Part shown: in pieces, positions 60,998 through 64,000 of the stretch | How the letters are laid out: every line of letters begins with the position of its first letter | How positions within the stretch are numbered: position 1 is the first letter of the stretch | Assembly (NCBI GenBank): GCA_963764725.1 | Contig: CAVXTM010000016.1 | Coordinates: 128,001 to 192,000 of the forward strand | Source: an uncultured Gammaproteobacteria bacterium | Lineage (GTDB): Bacteria; Pseudomonadota; Gammaproteobacteria; JACCXJ01 | Length of the DNA: 64,000 bases | Direction of reading: 5' to 3' | Position numbers and translations under genes: made by a program | The notes under the pieces: generated by a model | The model's input: the letters and a program-made list of their open reading frames with translations, nothing else | Told to the model about the DNA's origin: nothing | Databases searched by the model: none

Positions 60998-61136
60998 TTC
61001 TCCGTTGTTGTTTGACTACTGATAAGTGCCCAGGATTTCGGATGAAGGTGATCTTTGCGTGAAATCGCGATCGTGCGTTCGCACTCTCGTCCAAGTTTAG
61101 AGGTTTCGGCTCCTCGGCAAGATCTATGGGTATTCC

Positions 61137-61591
61137 GTTAACTCCCTCTCCCACCGGGCGGGGGTGAGGGGATATCCAGCAAGGCAGCGCGAATACTCTC
61201 CAACACGGCGTCAGGATCTCCAAGCACTTCATGATTCCAAAATCGAAGCACGCGATAACCCAATACCTTGAGATAGTCAGTCCGTCGCAAGTCGTTCGAG
61301 ACCTGTTCGGCATGCTGGCCACCATCGACCTCGATGACAACTTTGGGCTCCAAGCAGAGGAAATCCACGACGTAGGGGCCAAGGACCTGTTGACGTCGAA
61401 ACTTGACGCCGTCGAGTCGTCAACCGCGCAATCGACTCCACAAGCACCGCTCCGCCTCGGTCGAATTCTTCCGCAGCGTCCGGGCCAGACTGTTCATCGG
61501 TCTCTCTATCCCCTCACCCCTGCCCTCTCCCGAAAGGAGAGGGAGTAAACTGTGGCGCACTTACCTCTCCCGGGTGGGAGAGGGAGTTAAC
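61137..61591. repeat. Palindromic CCCTCTCCC/GGGAGAGGG repeats framing DUF559; perfect 19-bp inverted repeat at 61137-61155 / 61573-61591
   Basis: gttaactccctctcccacc / ggtgggagagggagttaac, an extra hairpin at 61510-61546, and a tandem ggagagggagt(a/t)aac(t/c)gtggcgcacttacct. Confidence 0.85.
61138..61497 (-). pseudogene. DUF559 (Vsr-like PD-(D/E)XK) endonuclease with in-frame TGA at 61420-61422
   Basis: MNSLARTLRKNSTEAERCLWSRLRG*RLDGVKFRRQ..YVVDF..VIEVDGGQH..LGYRVLRFWN. Confidence 0.88.
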
Positions 61592-61884
61592 CGTGGCGCA
61601 CTTACCTTGCCTCGAAATCTAGAACCCGAAAACTCGTGGCCAGGCCCAGATTATCATGCGATCGTTGCCAGACCGTCCCTCTACTGATCCACAACTTCTG
61701 CGGAAGAGGCGGGATTTTAAACGCCCTTTTTTTCTGAGATGCACGGTACTGCTGGGTTAGGGAGTTGTCAAACATTGCGATACCGCGTTGAATATCCTAT
61801 CCTCCAACGCAGCGCGGCTTGCCCATTGGACCCGGGCACGAACACCGGCTGTAAGCCAAAATTTCATAGCACATTGGTACTATC

Positions 61885-62725
61885 ATGAACGACAATCCCC
61901 CGCGCAAAATCCGCAAGGTATCGTTTGCCATTCTGGTAGTCGCACTGGGGATAACCAATACCTCCGTGCTAGCGCAGCCATCGGCTGGCGGTGAGGACAG
62001 CACCGCGCTCGCGAAGAAAACTCAAAACCCCATTAGCGATCTCATCAGCGTGCCGTTCCAGAGCAACTTCAACTTCGATGTGGGGCCAAACGACGACCTT
62101 CAGTACATCCTCAATATCCAGCCGGTCTATCCCATGCGCCTGAGCGAGACGTGGAATCTGATTCATCGCCCGATCATCCCGCTCATCGACCAGCCTCCGC
62201 TGGCACCGGAGCTTGACAGCGAGTTCGGGATCGGTGACATCCAGTATCAGACTTTCTTTTCGCCGGCCAAGCCCGGCACGATCACCTGGGGCATCGGACC
62301 CGTCCTCCAGTTTCCAACGGCCTCCGACGACGTGCTCGGGAGCGAGCAGTGGGCCGCGGGACCCGGTGTTGTGGTGCCTAACCATGCCCGGTCCCTGGGT
62401 GGTGGGTGCCTTGGTCAATAACATCTGGTCCTTCGCCGGGAATGACGACCGCGCCGACGTAAACCTGATGACCTTGCAGCCCTTCATCAATTACAACCTA
62501 CCCCATGGTTGGGCGCTAGGCACTTCGCCGATCATCACCGCCAATTGGGAGGCGGACAGCGACGATCGCTGGACCGTACCGATCGGCGGCGGTGTGCAGA
62601 AGATCTGGCACCTGGGCAAACTGCCGCTGAATACCCAGCTTCAAGCCTATTGGAACGCTGAAACACCAGACGGTGGCGCCGATTGGCAACTCCGATTCCA
62701 GTTCGCTTTCCTGTTCCCAAAGTGA
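61885..62725 (+). CDS. Outer-membrane beta-barrel protein (bacterial family often labelled 'neuromedin U'), frameshift near 62378
   Basis: LAKKTQNPISDLISVPFQSN, LNIQPVYP, GIGDI, QPFINYN, WTVPIGGG, WQLRFQFAFLFPK. Confidence 0.8.
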
Positions 62726-62789
62726 GTCGCGAACGAGCGGCCATTTAGCGGGCTTTCACACCACATCACTACCGGGCAAGCAAAGACCT

Positions 62790-63817
62790 TCATATGATAA
62801 AGCCGAGCGTTCGATCGATGAGCCAGAAGGCGGCAATGGAGCCGATGGCGTAGGCGGCCACCGATTCCGACGCAGCGTATGCGCGCTTTGGATCGATGCC
62901 GAGGTGGCTGAGTCTCCTGCCGACAAAGGCAGCCCCCGCGAGCGCAACCATGACAGACGCGATGAACGCGAGCTGTCCGAGCTCGACGCCGACGTTGAAG
63001 GCAAAGAGCGCGAGCGGGATGTCACCCTGCGGAAGCCCGAGGTCCGTGAGCGCGCTCGCGAAGCCGAAGCCGTGCAGCAGGCCGAAGGCGAAGGCCACGA
63101 GCCACGGCCAGCGCGCGGTGAGCTCTCCTCGCCGCGCCGCATGCGCACGATCTCGCAGGCCAGGAGCAGGATGCTGAGCGCGATCACGGCCTCGACCGGC
63201 GGCCCGGGCACGTGCACCACGCCGAGGGTCGCGAGCGCGAGCGTGATCGAGTGCGCGAGCGTGAACGCGGTGATGGTTATGAGGAGCACGCGCCGGCTGC
63301 GCACGATCAGGATCAGCGCGAGCACGAAGAGCAGATGATCGAAGCCGAAGAGGATGTGCTCGATCCCGTGGACGAGGTAGGCGCCCACCACCGCGAGCGC
63401 ACCCGCTCGCGGCGGCGATCTCTACCCACGGCTGGGACGGGCGAACCAGAGTGGTCGTGCGGGTACCGTCGAGGAGCGCGACGCGCACCAGCACGTCGGT
63501 GATCGTGGCCTGGAGACCCGACGAACTCGATGCGCTTCCCGGCGAGCCCGCCCTCGCCCGCGTCGATCGTCCGCCGCTCGAGGAGCGAGTCGGTGAGCTC
63601 CTGCACGATCGGCTCGCGTACCTCACGCACATCGTCCGGCAGCTTCAGCGCGACCGGCAGGCGCATGCCGGAGAGCACCGGCGTGCGCCACAGAACGGTG
63701 TAGCGGCCCGGCGTCGTCTCCTTGATCTCGAGGTAGGCGGGGCGGACCTCGTGCGCGCCGGCGGCGGATGCGAACGCCAGCAACCCGAGAAGCAGAGTGG
63801 CGCAGAGCTCGGCTCAT
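62790..63817 (-). CDS. HupE/UreJ family membrane protein, multiple frameshifts
   Basis: AHEVRPAYLEIKE, GIEHILFGFDHLLFV, ITAFTLAHSITL, VEAVIALSI, FGLLHGFGFA, FNVGVELGQ. Confidence 0.9.
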
Positions 63818-64000
63818 GGTGCGGCGTTCGCTTCCGCGGGGCCGCCCTGGCTCGCGACTTCGTCCGGCGGGGCGGGCAGCACGAGCTCGTACCTCGCCCG
63901 CATCTCTGCGTACGCCTTGCGCCAGGCCTCGGCGCGCTGCTCGGTCTTCCAGGCGGTCCTCGACGTCCGGCTCGACCTCCTCGAACGCGGGCACGCGGCC
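63814..64000 (-). CDS. C-terminus of a PpiC-type peptidyl-prolyl isomerase-like protein (partial)
   Basis: RVPAFEEVEPDV..AWKTEQRAEAWRKAYAEMRARYELVLP; typical upstream partner of HupE/UreJ. Confidence 0.65.
   Translation of the reverse strand, partial: AACPRSRRSSRTSRTAWKTEQRAEAWRKAYAEMRARYELVLPAPPDEVASQGGPAEANAAP

Noticed and set aside
61420-61422. In-frame TGA in DUF559 as selenocysteine or readthrough
   Set aside because: It lies in a basic LRGxRL stretch where Arg (CGA) is expected, not at a Cys position; a C-to-T nonsense change or base-call error is simpler.
61885-62725. Eukaryotic neuropeptide (neuromedin U) homologue near a neurotransmitter-receptor-like channel
   Set aside because: The label is a propagated annotation for a bacterial outer-membrane beta-barrel family; the sequence is an amphipathic beta-strand protein.

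Overview
High-GC bacterial accessory region, probably proteobacterial-like and from an unpolished long-read assembly: about 19 genes carry 1-bp frameshifts and there are several homopolymer-compressed micro-duplications. No rRNA, tRNA, CRISPR array, housekeeping gene or intact transposase/integrase was found. Almost every gene encodes an exported, lipoprotein or membrane protein. In order: RND efflux pump and OMF, baeRF11, HtrA protease, a DUF1134-cti-pqiAABC-TAXI-DUF4239 run, a lipase+DUF4105 pair, two DUF2092 + low-complexity/DUF6515-like partner pairs, a prokaryotic pentameric ligand-gated ion channel, an MBL hydrolase, AI-2E, three Cys-type sulfatases with a HAD phosphatase, DUF1254-PQQ dehydrogenase-cydAB, porins, PLD+ABC exporter, ClC, HupE/UreJ and PpiC. 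The junctions between blocks hold toxin-antitoxin modules and relics, gene fragments, an IS481 relic and at least five families of small palindromic/MITE-like repeats. Best candidates for undescribed biology: (1) the duplicated DUF2092 + secreted repeat-protein module; (2) a DUF559 nuclease framed by its own palindromic repeat family; (3) the pLGIC; (4) a possible sulfate/phosphate-ester-to-respiration pathway; (5) MITE ends abutting stop codons and an inverted-repeat-flanked cargo gene. Family names come from motif recognition, not database searches.
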